DNA of 64,000 nt from Tubiluchus corallicola (Eukaryota > Animalia > Priapulida): contig JAQGDQ010000185.1 of the NCBI GenBank assembly GCA_030141605.1, positions 248,001 to 312,000 on the forward strand, in the 5' to 3' direction. A program made the translations under genes and the position numbers. Position 1 is the first letter of the stretch. Each line of letters starts with the position of its first letter. Positions 52,293 to 63,121 of the stretch are shown here, one piece after another. The notes under the pieces were generated by a model, which was not told where the DNA came from, did no database searches, and saw nothing but the letters and a program-made list of their open reading frames with translations.

Positions 52293-54049
52293 TCTTGTAC
52301 CAACTTGTATTAGAAATACGCATGATTACACCAGAAGCGAACTGCTAGTAAAAATCATTGAAGGACACAGTTGTTCTTTCAAACTTCGTTAACTGAAACG
52401 CATGCGCTATTGACAAATGGAATTTCTATCAGAAAAGGTCACAAAGAAATGCAAAGTATCCAATGCTTCCTGCACAAAAGTTAAATTCAAAGGGCCGGAC
52501 GCCAGACCAATGTTCAGCATTATATAAAAAAAACAGATCAAAGGCTTTCCACAGCCACATTCCATTTGGGCAGGTGGATCTGGTAAAAGAAAGGCTCAAG
52601 TTATGTTATTTCTGACGCGAGACGCCACATCCTGACACTTGGTAATAAAGGTGTAAAAACAGGTAGCCAGGTGGTGCAATTCTTGGTGTAATCCGCCGGT
52701 ATTAGGAGTAAGGATTTGTGTAACAGCGTGTAAGATATAATGGTCGTTTTAACTGTAGCCTATAGACGTTCTTAAATTACTAGAAGCGCGGTGTATAATA
52801 AATATTAGCTAAAAATCCTGATCGCTTTGGTTTCGTGCACAATGAAGGGCACAAAGGGGGGGGGTGAGAAATCTCAATGAAACTGTAAAACAGCATAAAG
52901 ATGTGCGTGCAAGTTATTAGTTATTAGAATGTCACTAACTAAAATGGCTAGAATGTATACGATACACAAGTTCTATTTCATATATATGCGTTTTTGTTAA
53001 ACGTGATCCCACAGTTCATGATCAACAAGTTTTTATTCAACTTTTCAAACTTGCATAACCAGTATTCGTAGAAAATACTGTCCAAAATTTACCATTGTTA
53101 TCTGTCCTACGTCTTTCCTTTTGCGCGTAAAAATGCTTTTGGCAAATCAAGTAAATCAAACTTAAAACATAAACATAGAAAATAACTACACAAAGGAATA
53201 GAAAATGAAATTATATATATATATATATATATATATGAAATTATAATTATAATATATGAAATTACAATTATATAATAACGGGATAAATTATTCAGTTCAA
53301 TGTAAATTTTGCATTATTAGGAGTAGCTACGCTTTTCTCCTTTAATACAGCTTGATGCTAGAGGGCGTCTTTATAGGTTATAGAATAATTCCCACGTGAA
53401 TTTGCATGATTACCGGTGGTCATGGTCCTGCTCGGCTACAGAGTTTAGCTACGCTGCTTAGTACGTTTGGTTTGGTGACCACTGGTTGACGGTTTTTTTT
53501 GGGTGGTTTCATCTCACCATACCGTACTATGCTGGCTATTTGTCGAGAAAGGAAGCATTCACATCTAAGTGCAGCTAAAACACATCTGCGCCTTAAAGTT
53601 TCTGTCTGAGAGGATTAGTTTTGACAATTGGTTAGATTCCAGTCCCATCACAGTCATCTACATTAACTTGGCTCTGCCATTAAGTGCTTAGTACGACAGC
53701 TTGCGCAATGCTAACGTTTACAAAAAATATTAAAAACAATTACATTATTCAATTTAATCAAGCTCGAACGGTTGAATAAATTAATAGTGTTTAATGCTAC
53801 GTATGATATGAACAAAACAGTATCCCTTGATGTATAAGGCAATTTGTCGTAAAGCTCTCTGCCTAATTAGACTACATTCACATATTTGAATACAAACACA
53901 CTAGCACTATTTAGCTAAACAGACGCACACGGGTCTGTTCTGCAAAATCCCTTCTACCATCGATTTCTACAGAACCATTATTACTGAATGAAATGACAAT
54001 TTGGCCCTATTGATATTGTTACGACGGTGATACACCATTTTATTTTCAC

Positions 54050-54400
54050 TCTCATCCCCCTCTTATCCCCACATTGTGATGGTTCCATCCATTACAAGCC
54101 ATTGTGTATCAGCATTGCATACCAGGTGTAAAACCGTTGATACGGAATGGCCGCGTCGATTCAACAGACAGATGTTTTTACCACCACAGTACCTGCTCCG
54201 CAAACGAGGACCATCATAAAAAAACCTAAGACAAGTCTACCGGCGAGTATTTCCACAAATCTCTGTCTGTCGTTATCTGGCCTACACACAACACAGATCT
54301 ATAGGACGTTTTCGTCATCTTGGCATCGAACCCGGACCAATTGGAATCCGAAATGCGAGGGACCAAACCGAAGAGGCGAGCAAAACTCATCAGACCCCGG
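54050..54400 (-). mobile_element. Probable tRNA-derived SINE
   Basis: Minus strand ...tcggattccaattggtccgggttcgatgcc (B-box at 54322-54332), followed by a GC-richer body; boundaries approximate. Confidence 0.45.
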
Positions 54401-54723
54401 CGGCGAGGACTCAGCATCGTTGCAATATTTAAATATATTTCCAAACTAAGATAGACCTAAACCTGTACTTGAATCTTTGATCTTTGGAATGCATTCCAAA
54501 TGTTATAATTACTTTTACATCCATTCGTGCGTTTCATCATATAGCCGATCACAAATTCTACATGTTCAACTTAACTGTGTGGTTTCCTGCTAGCAATTAA
54601 TCAACTCAACTAAACTTAGCTAAATTAAATAACTCAGCTAAAATCACAGGAAACCTAAGAAACGGTACCCATGAGTATTAAGTATTAAGTGATTAGTAAT
54701 ATATATATATAACTAATTATAAT

Positions 54724-54789
54724 ATTTTAATAATCTGTTTTACTAATTATATATATATATATATAATTAGTAAAACAGATTATTAAAAT
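54724..54789. repeat. Perfect 66-bp palindrome centred on (AT)n
   Basis: attttaataatctgttttactaatt-(at)n-aattagtaaaacagattattaaaat; base-by-base complementary. Confidence 0.95.
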
Positions 54790-56589
54790 TAAAAATGAAA
54801 AAACTAGGGAAATTATGACAAACTATGAACAGGACACGTACCATTTTTTAATGAAATGTAATCAGCAAATATAACAGTTGAAGGTCAGGTAGCAACAATT
54901 CTATGTGCTTACTAACTAAACATGAGGAAAACGAAATGACTCACAATAAAACTGTGGTCCTAATTATAACAGAAGTAGCTGGTACAACATATTGACAATT
55001 ATATTATGTAGTACAAGTTTATGTATTTAACTGTACTAATTAGAACCTAGCTGATTATCAAATATATATATATATATATATGTATATACAGTAATTTGTA
55101 CAGATTGGATAATTGGATTTATCATGTAATTCATTTGCTAAGACCTGTTGCTAGAACGCACACCCAGAAAAACTAGACAACAACACAGGAATAGGCCAAA
55201 CATGAAGATTAAGCACTTGGGAGTTGGAAACAGTTTTCTGTTTGACCAGAATCGCCAGCTTTCGTTCTAGCTGCAACGAATGAATAAATTGATCTTTTCT
55301 ATGCACTGATTACCTTCCTTGTCCCAATCGAACCTTATTAACAGCAAATACACAGTAATACCAGGTCGCTTCCTTAATTAACACAGAGGATTTTGCTTTT
55401 TCTTAATACCCTTTATTAATACTCTTTATGACCAACGGCTTTTTGCTGAAATGCGACCTATAATTACTATCCGTGCGATTAACTGGTTACCATATTAGCC
55501 AATGTGTGAGTATAAGCGCTTTGGCTTCTGATTTCAGATTCCGTGGGTCGGCCGTATAATTGTCGGCTGTTGGTAAACACGTTTATTATGATTCAATCTA
55601 TAATTCAACGAGTGTTTCCCAGATCTGCCATTCACAGTCGTAATAGCTAGTCAATTCAAATCGGGTAGTCTTAATGTGCGCCGATGTAACGTGAGATTAC
55701 TACTACAAAGCTTTAGGAGCGAAACACGGTAAGAACACTTTTTTCGAATTCTATAGCGCGTATTTGCTGTAAGCGCCAAATCTGAATTGAGTTTAAAGAA
55801 GAATAGTTTATGCGGTATTCGGTAAGAAACCTACGTATGTGCGGAAATAGACATGGTGAAGAAAGCAAGATAAACTGTGTATGTGCATGAAAAGGCAAGT
55901 TAAATGACGCCAGTAAACAGCTGATGATGGTAAAAAAATTACTGGCTTCATTATGCTGATACCTGGTACACCTATTTGTAAAAGGGGCCAGACTGAAAAT
56001 AGCATACAATTAAGCGACTGTCAAAAATGGTTGTAGGAATATTAATTTTGTATTAAAAGCATTCTTCGCGTAAATCGCTTTTGGGAAGGCACTTTTGACT
56101 AATATTTATAGCAAATAAAATATATAAAAAGCTGCTCAACTTTTAAAGTTTTATCAATTTTAACCAACTTTTATTAAAGACTAGTCATTTTCTTTATATT
56201 CCGCTTGTACTTTCGTAATTTTTGGGTGTTGTATATAACGTTTTATAAGTTGTGTGTTTGAAGTGAACTAACTGGCTTAAGTGAAAATATTGACTGATTG
56301 ATTAGAAAATGGAAGACCCGCTTTATAGTTCTTTTGTAAGTTTAGCTGGAGAAAAATTCTCGGCTTGCATTACGAGGTAAATATTGTAAATCATGTGGTA
56401 AATTGTCTTCAATTGTTGGGAAAATGGCAGCTTATCAATAGGCAACAGCAACAAGGTTTGGCGTAATAAGAAAAATCTCTTGTTTACGCAAGGAGAAAAG
56501 AATTCAGCTAAAAGCGTCTCTCACTGAAGAAGCACACATTTGACCATTCCTTTAACAAAGAAAAGCATGTTAAAAATTATTGTAAAAAG

Positions 56590-57650
56590 CTATAGCAACA
56601 AGTGTATGTTATGTACAAGTTATGTGTACAGCTTCTTAACTACTAACAAGGTCTGGTAATTAACGAGATAAAAACAAAATTTCTTGTTAGTGATGGTGAA
56701 GAGAATGGACGTATGCCTATAATTGTTGAAGACTTACAAGTAAACTGGTGCTATGCTACATCTACTTAGGTGCAGTTTTTTGTGGCAACGGAAAATTGGC
56801 TCAAGCAATTGATATGCTCATAAGGAAAAACTTAAACACGAACTGAAATACGCAGCATTTATCCGTAAGAGCTTCTCCTGTCCGTGTGGATGAAATAGAC
56901 TGTGTTAAAAGCAGCTATGTTATACATAGTCTTTTGTATAACAGAGAGACATGGCTGTCCAATGATATAAGAAAATTGTCTTCACTATGCATGTCTGCAA
57001 TTAAAGACTGCCTTGGAGTGCTGCGTAAGACAGTTCAAAAAGACCTATCCCTTCTCGAGTAAGATATGCCATCGGCAGAGGCACACATTAAGAGCCAGCT
57101 GTACAGGTTCATTACTAAGATGTTCAGCAATCCTGGTAACCATCCTTCATTTAATGAATACGATAAATAAATGTCTAGCGGCAGCAACCTTTATGTGTAC
57201 GTACATCAGTAGCATCATTACTCTTTTAGAAGAGACCCTGCAATTGAGGATAAGGAAACGAGAGTGCACGAATGTAGAGTTTCTATACCTCTAGCAGGGT
57301 AGTTGCGTACAGATTTGTGAATACGGATATGGTTGGCCACCCTATATATTCAAATAGGACGGCGCCTGTTCGTGAACTCGAAAGACTTTTCTGGACAAAG
57401 GCTATTATATCAGATCATAAATTGGCTACTGAAAGCGGCAAGTGGAGAAAAACATCTAGACATGGGAGCTTTTGCGACTGCCGTATTGAGGAACCAAGGC
57501 CTGTTCAAGATGAAGAACATGTTTTCTGCAATTGACGTCTAACACAATGTCAATCATTTTCGTTGACTGTCCAATCAACACTTATTTCACAACCTTGCAG
57601 ATCTTAATTAACGCAGGTACGTTCGGGACATTTAGCTATAGCTCCGTCTA
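56590..57650 (+). mobile_element. 5'-truncated, decayed non-LTR retrotransposon ORF2 C-terminus (RTE-X-like)
   Basis: Ordered motifs across frameshifts and stops: GLVINEIKTKFLV; YIYLGAVF; SLLYNRETW...IKDCLGV; AYRFVN...HPIY; SDHKLATESGKW...CDC...VQDEEHVFCN(C>stop), i.e. the SH.L.IE.GRW plus CCHC knuckle signature. Confidence 0.85.
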
Positions 57651-57896
57651 ACACTGTTATGAAAAATGCTCAACTTTTTATTAGTTAGCAGGAGAAATAT
57701 TGGCGTGATTCTAGATTTTATTATTGTCAATTGAAATTGCAAGTGAATTAGTGGAAATATATAGTCTAGTTTCGCTTATAGGAAGAAATGCACAATGCTT
57801 GTCTATGAGTTGCTGATTAAACCATTTTGCAATCAAGAAAATACGCAGCTTAATTTAGTTTATGGCTTTGCAATTTAGATAAAAACAACTATTTGA

Positions 57897-57998
57897 TTAA
57901 CTTTAAATAAGGACAAAACAAAATGTTTTCTTTTCTGGCCAGTTTCTACAAACCTCAAGGAGATCTTCACTGTCAAAATTAATTCAAATGTAGTCAAA
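57897..57998 (+). mobile_element. Short CR1/L2-type RT fragment
   Basis: LTLNKDKTKCFLF...VKINSNVV matches L.LN..KT....F...I.IN. Confidence 0.5.
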
Positions 57999-58246
57999 TT
58001 TTATATTATACATCAATGTTATATTAACTAATTTTACGCTATTTTCCTGGTTATTATACTTATGTCTCTGTGTTTTGTAGTGCTTTGAAACTTCGTCTCT
58101 ACATTCTGTTTAAATTTGAAAGTCATTTTTTGGCTACTTGAGGTGTTAATTTCGTGTAAAAATAGCGACTGCTCTGCAAATTTGTGTTTATGAAAAAGTG
58201 CAATCAATTTATCTGCTGATTACTCATTCGTTGTGACTGTCATGTT

Positions 58247-58622
58247 GTTTAGTTTAGTTTAGTTTAGTTTAGTTTAGTTTAGTTTAGTTTAGTTTAGTTT
58301 AGTTTAGTTTAGTTTAGTTTAGTTTAGTTTAGTTTAGTTTAGTTTAGTTTAGTTTAGTTTAGTTTAGTTTAGTTTAGTTTAGTTTAGTTTAGTTTAGTTT
58401 AGTTTAGTTTAGTTTAGTTTAGTTTAGTTTAGTTTAGTTTAGTTTAGTTTAGTTTAGTTTAGTTTAGTTTAGTTTAGTTTAGTTTAGTTTAGTTTAGTTT
58501 AGTTTAGTTTAGTTTAGTTTAGTTTAGTTTAGTTTAGTTTAGTTTAGTTTAGTTTAGTTTAGTTTAGTTTAGTTTAGTTTAGTTTAGTTTAGTTTAGTTT
58601 AGTTTAGTTTAGTTTAGTTTAG
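58247..58622. repeat. Perfect (AGTTT)n microsatellite, ~75 units
   Basis: Directly visible. Confidence 0.99.
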
Positions 58623-58728
58623 ACAGTTGTTGTCCAGCATGAGCTGTTGTCCCGAATGCCGCTGAGCGTACTTACGTTATACGTTATAGCGGAGGCGGAG
58701 CGATAGACCAATATGTTTGACGTCAATT
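58621..58728 (-). mobile_element. Interspersed repeat whose 3' tail is the (TAAAC)n array; second copy at 7409-7514
   Basis: High similarity to 7423-7514; directly abuts the microsatellite. Confidence 0.8.
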
Positions 58729-59235
58729 GCGCGAAGACTGACCCGGTCAGACAACTATCGCGGTTTCTTTAATACTGATGTGACATCCTCCAATTCTATA
58801 TTCAGGCATAACAATAACAAAACTGTTGTGGACTGTATTCATAGTGCCCTAAATATTGGGCACAATAATCACTGTTACATGCTAATTATATTGCTACACT
58901 CTGCTTAATGCCGTTTAAGCACTTTTACGATCGTCAATGTATAAATGTTATTGAATGAACTAACTTAATGCGTTGCTTTTCGTGCATCTACCCTAATTCA
59001 GTGTAATAATAGTTGCTGATCAGTGGTCAATAAACTACTTACTCATATACTTACTCTTGGGCGGAATGAGGTACAAAACGGCGTTTATCAGACATCAGGT
59101 ATTGCGCGAACGATTTGCGTTGCAGATACAAGTGGATACGCAAAACGCCGCTTAATTCTGACATTATTTAGGATGTGCTAATACTTGGTATATATGGACA
59201 AATAAACTCACATAATTTCCCAAAATCAGTCAAAA

Positions 59236-59263
59236 ACTAACATTAATGCTCTTTTCTTTTCAG
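59236..59263 (+). promoter_or_regulatory. Candidate splice acceptor of a 5' UTR intron of GPCR-1
   Basis: Branch-like actaac (59236) followed by cttttcttttcAG (59262-59263); alternative acceptor tttattacAG at 59389-59390. Confidence 0.5.
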
Positions 59264-59421
59264 ATTTTCTTTCCGCAAAACAACCATGAATTCAAACTGA
59301 AAGAAACCTATTTTATCAGACCCATTGTAATGAAGTTGGATAAATCACATAAGGCTGTGGTTGCTAAACATTCACTAAGCTTTATTACAGTTATTCCAAA
59401 AAACAATAATTGTGCACCGAG

Positions 59422-60495
59422 ATGAGTACAGTGCTTCATGATTTTTTTGCTATGTCAAATAATTCTGATTTTCTATCAAACGAAACTACTATAATATGTG
59501 AAGATGAAGAAAAAGAATGCAACGGCAATGGCAAGACAGGTTTTGTTGGAATATTTCTACTCATCTTTCAGTTCACCATAATATTTCTAGTAATTTTCAA
59601 CAACGTGTTAGTGATCGTATCTGTAGCTCGTGAGAAATTTTTCGGTGAGAAAAAGTACTGGTTCATAGCAAACTTGGCAGTGGCAGATCTGGTGTTTGGT
59701 GTATCTTTGATTGTATACACTATTGGAAAATTTTTCCCATACAGCAAGATTTTGTGCAGTGTTCAGTTGGGTCTTATTTCTGTCAGCATGCTTTGTTCAT
59801 CTCTGAATCTTGTGGCTGTAACTTTTGATATGTACCTAGCTATAACAAGGCCACTTCGATACCATCAGATTATGACACCTTTGCGTGCGAAGTTGGTCAT
59901 TTTGGCAACATGGTGCACCAGTCTTTGCTGGTTCATTGTTATTGTCTGGAGCGCAATGAAAAACTTACACAATGACTGTTTAACAACAGAAGTAGGAAGT
60001 TTAGGGTTTTCCATTTTCGTCGTGGTTTTCAGTGACTTTCTACCAACCGGAGTCATGATAGTCCTATACTCAAAAATTCTTAAAGTTGCAAAGGAACACG
60101 CAAAAGTTAGGCAACAACGAGAAAATAGTAGACCAATAGAGTCTGTACAAGACAGCATGGTGGCGTCGCATACACGCACACGCACGCAAACTGTAACTCA
60201 CACTAATTTCGCGAGTTCATCAACAGTGAAACTAAAACCACCAAGTGTCAGACGTCAACTCAGGATCGCTGGAACCATTGTTCTCATTGTGGGGACATTC
60301 GTGGTCACGTGGACTGTGTATTTCACCGCAGGATTCTTGATGAAGATCAGCGTAATAAAAGCAAATCGCAACCTGTTGGTTGGATTGGGCTTTGTTGCCA
60401 GTGCCAACTCATTCACAAATGCTTTTTTCTATGCATGGCGAAGCAAAGATATGAGAAAGGCCTTCAGAAAGACGCTGCATCTTAAGCAAGTCTAG
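59422..60495 (+). CDS. Class A (rhodopsin-like) orphan 7TM GPCR, 357 aa, intronless CDS (paralog 1)
   Basis: Seven hydrophobic helices; N1.50 (FNNVLV), NLAVAD, C3.25, D-M-Y, W4.50, P5.50/Y5.58, FVVTW, NSFTNAFFY, helix 8 MRKAF; N-glycosylation sequons. The track start 59410 is TTG; the first ATG is 59422. Confidence 0.95.
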   Translation: MSTVLHDFFAMSNNSDFLSNETTIICEDEEKECNGNGKTGFVGIFLLIFQFTIIFLVIFNNVLVIVSVAREKFFGEKKYWFIANLAVADLVFGVSLIVYTIGKFFPYSKILCSVQLGLISVSMLCSSLNLVAVTFDMYLAITRPLRYHQIMTPLRAKLVILATWCTSLCWFIVIVWSAMKNLHNDCLTTEVGSLGFSIFVVVFSDFLPTGVMIVLYSKILKVAKEHAKVRQQRENSRPIESVQDSMVASHTRTRTQTVTHTNFASSSTVKLKPPSVRRQLRIAGTIVLIVGTFVVTWTVYFTAGFLMKISVIKANRNLLVGLGFVASANSFTNAFFYAWRSKDMRKAFRKTLHLKQV

Positions 60496-62047
60496 AAGAT
60501 TCTGTTGTAATTCATGAAGTCTCTCTCACCTATTCAAATTTTTTTTAAAACTTACCGTTGGTAACTTACCTTAATGTTCAGGTTCTACCTCGTACCTAGC
60601 AGCTGTTAGTAGACAGGTGTACAAATTATAATATTATTATTAAATTGGCAAATAGATGCAATTACAAAGTTGTAGCTTTTATTGAAAACACCAAGCTTCG
60701 TCACTGGAAAGATATGTGTGATTGCTGAACAGAAATGAGGAGAAAAATAGTACAAGGAAAAACATGTTTTACTTTTATTTTATTTAATTGTATTTGTGAT
60801 TATTTCGGAATTTAATTGCATTATTTTGTACTTTGGTTTGAAAATGCACCAAGTTGCTCAAACATATACATATGCTGTATAATATAAATAGAAAAATAAA
60901 AGGTTATTTCATGTTACACTTAATATGAGTATATATTTCGCGCTGGAGGAGGCACATACTTCGCATAAATCAATTCTTACGAGAACAAAAATTTAATAAA
61001 CGTTAATAACCAAATCTTTTCTATCAAGAAAGAACATAATAAAAGACGACTACTGTGTCCACCATTTACCGGTCAAAGACAAACTTACTGCTTAAAAACT
61101 AACTAAACTTCAAACTAAACACAGCATGCATTTTTAATCCTTACACAGTGACCTAATTTACAAAGGTTTCAGTATGTTTTCTGAAACTGTTATCAATCAC
61201 TTTTTTATATTTTTATTTTATAGTTACAATGTATACAATTGTTATACTTCTTAACTGCACTAAATTATTGTTTTTATGAACCGCGTTACGTGTTGTGTTG
61301 CAGAGGAGGGCTAGTTAAAGAAAGTTAACAAGATGGCCTCTTTGTTATATATTTAATAAGCTATTTCCTGAGTGCAAAAAACTAAAACATTATCGTCATA
61401 TTAAAAAAGGCTTCAGCTTATGGCTTTATATCTGCAACACCTGATCAGTTATAAAACTGAACTTACCTTGCACAAAATGTAGGAATTGACAATTTTTCTA
61501 AACATAAATGTTGGTGATTAATCTCTTATGACGTACTGGCTTTGGCTTCTAAATATCAGCTTTGCAAAAACATGTAAGCTATCAATTTCGCTGCTTTAAT
61601 CTTTTAAGGAAAAATTGATCATGGCACAAATGCAAGTGTGCAGTTCTTCAAATAGCCTTTATTGCATATCAGCGCAATCCACTATGTGGTAAGAAGTAGC
61701 AAATGCATGAGAAGTGGATACAAGAGTTGTTTTGCAAAATAAAGAATTCTGTTGAAATGTGTTATCCAAGACAAATGTGTATGAGAGGCAAACTCTTTGG
61801 AACATATGGATGAGATGTCACAAACATATGTACTCAACATTCTGTTTTTAATTGAAAAGTAATAAGATACTACTGCAGTATTGATTATTGTTGTTGCTCG
61901 ACAGAAGCCATTATACCATAGAAATTATACGTTAGTAGATCAGCCAAACCATTCTGCATACGTAGCTTAAACAGATAGTTACAACAACTGTGTGTTAACT
62001 GATACGAAATCCTGAACAAGTACTGAGGTACCGAAACTCAGTAATAC

Positions 62048-63121
62048 ATGCAAATTATGGCACTTTCATTATCATACAGTGATAATTATTCTAGTTCTGT
62101 AGCAAACGAAAGCACAATATGTGAACAAGCGGAGGAAGATTGCGAGAACCATAAACAAGATGTTTTTGCCGCAAGATTTTTACTCATTTTTCAGTTCGCA
62201 GTAATATTTTTGATTATTTTCAACAATTTGCTAGTAATAATTTCGGTGGCTCGTGAAAAATTCTTCGGAGAGAAGAAATACTGGTTCGTAACAAACTTAG
62301 CGATGGCTGATCTCGTTTTCGGCTTTTCACTAGTTATATACATTACAGAAGCATTTCTTCCATATAATAAGATACGCTGTGGCTTTCAATTAGGCCTGAT
62401 CTGTGTGAGCATGATCTGCTCATCCCTAAATCTTGTTGCCGTTACCTTTGACATGTATTTAGCTATAACAAAACCACTTCAGTACCATCGAATAATGACA
62501 CCAACACGAGCGAAACTGATCATTCTGGCAACTTGGTGCATCAGTATTTTTTGGTTTTGTATTCTTTTCTATTGTGCAATGAAGAACTTGCATAACGAGT
62601 GCACATTCAGAGAGATAGGAAGTTTGGGATTTTCTCTGTTCATGGTGGCTTTTTGCGATTTTTTGCCGACAGGTATCATGGCGGCCTTGTATGCGAAAAT
62701 CCTTAAGGTTGCCAGAAGACAGGCGAAAATAACACAACAGCAGGAAAACAGCCAATCTGTAGCATCAGTACAAGAAAGTGCAATGGCTGCAAGAACCGGC
62801 AGCAACGGTACTTTAACTGTAGCTCACTCCAGCTTTGCAAATTCCGCTGAAGTGAAGCTAAAAACACCAAGTGTCAGGCGTCAGCTCAAGATCGCTGGAA
62901 CCATTGTGCTCATTGTGGGGACATTCGTAGTCACGTGGACTGCTTATTTTCTCGCAGTACTCCTAATGAAAACTAGGACTGTGCCAGTAAACTCCAGCTT
63001 ATTGAATGTTTTAGGGTTTCTAGCAAGTGCAAACTCATTCACAAATGCTTTTTTCTATGCATGGCGAAGCAAAAATATGAGAAAAGCATTTTGGAAAACC
63101 CTACACATTAAGCATGGTTAA
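62048..63121 (+). CDS. Class A orphan 7TM GPCR, 357 aa, intronless CDS (paralog 2)
   Basis: Same motifs as paralog 1; colinear and roughly 60% identical by eye; ATG 62048 to TAA 63121. Confidence 0.95.
   Translation: MQIMALSLSYSDNYSSSVANESTICEQAEEDCENHKQDVFAARFLLIFQFAVIFLIIFNNLLVIISVAREKFFGEKKYWFVTNLAMADLVFGFSLVIYITEAFLPYNKIRCGFQLGLICVSMICSSLNLVAVTFDMYLAITKPLQYHRIMTPTRAKLIILATWCISIFWFCILFYCAMKNLHNECTFREIGSLGFSLFMVAFCDFLPTGIMAALYAKILKVARRQAKITQQQENSQSVASVQESAMAARTGSNGTLTVAHSSFANSAEVKLKTPSVRRQLKIAGTIVLIVGTFVVTWTAYFLAVLLMKTRTVPVNSSLLNVLGFLASANSFTNAFFYAWRSKNMRKAFWKTLHIKHG

Noticed and set aside
57528-57544. 16/17 inverted match to 58714-58730 suggesting TIRs
   Set aside because: The left copy lies within the LINE ORF2 zinc-knuckle codons and is built around a GACGTC palindrome; likely coincidence.
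59410-59421. ORF-track start of GPCR-1 at 59410
   Set aside because: The codon is TTG; ATG 59422 gives the same 357-aa length as the paralog.
59865-62805. Antisense ORFs inside the GPCR genes
   Set aside because: Shadow frames of real coding sequence.
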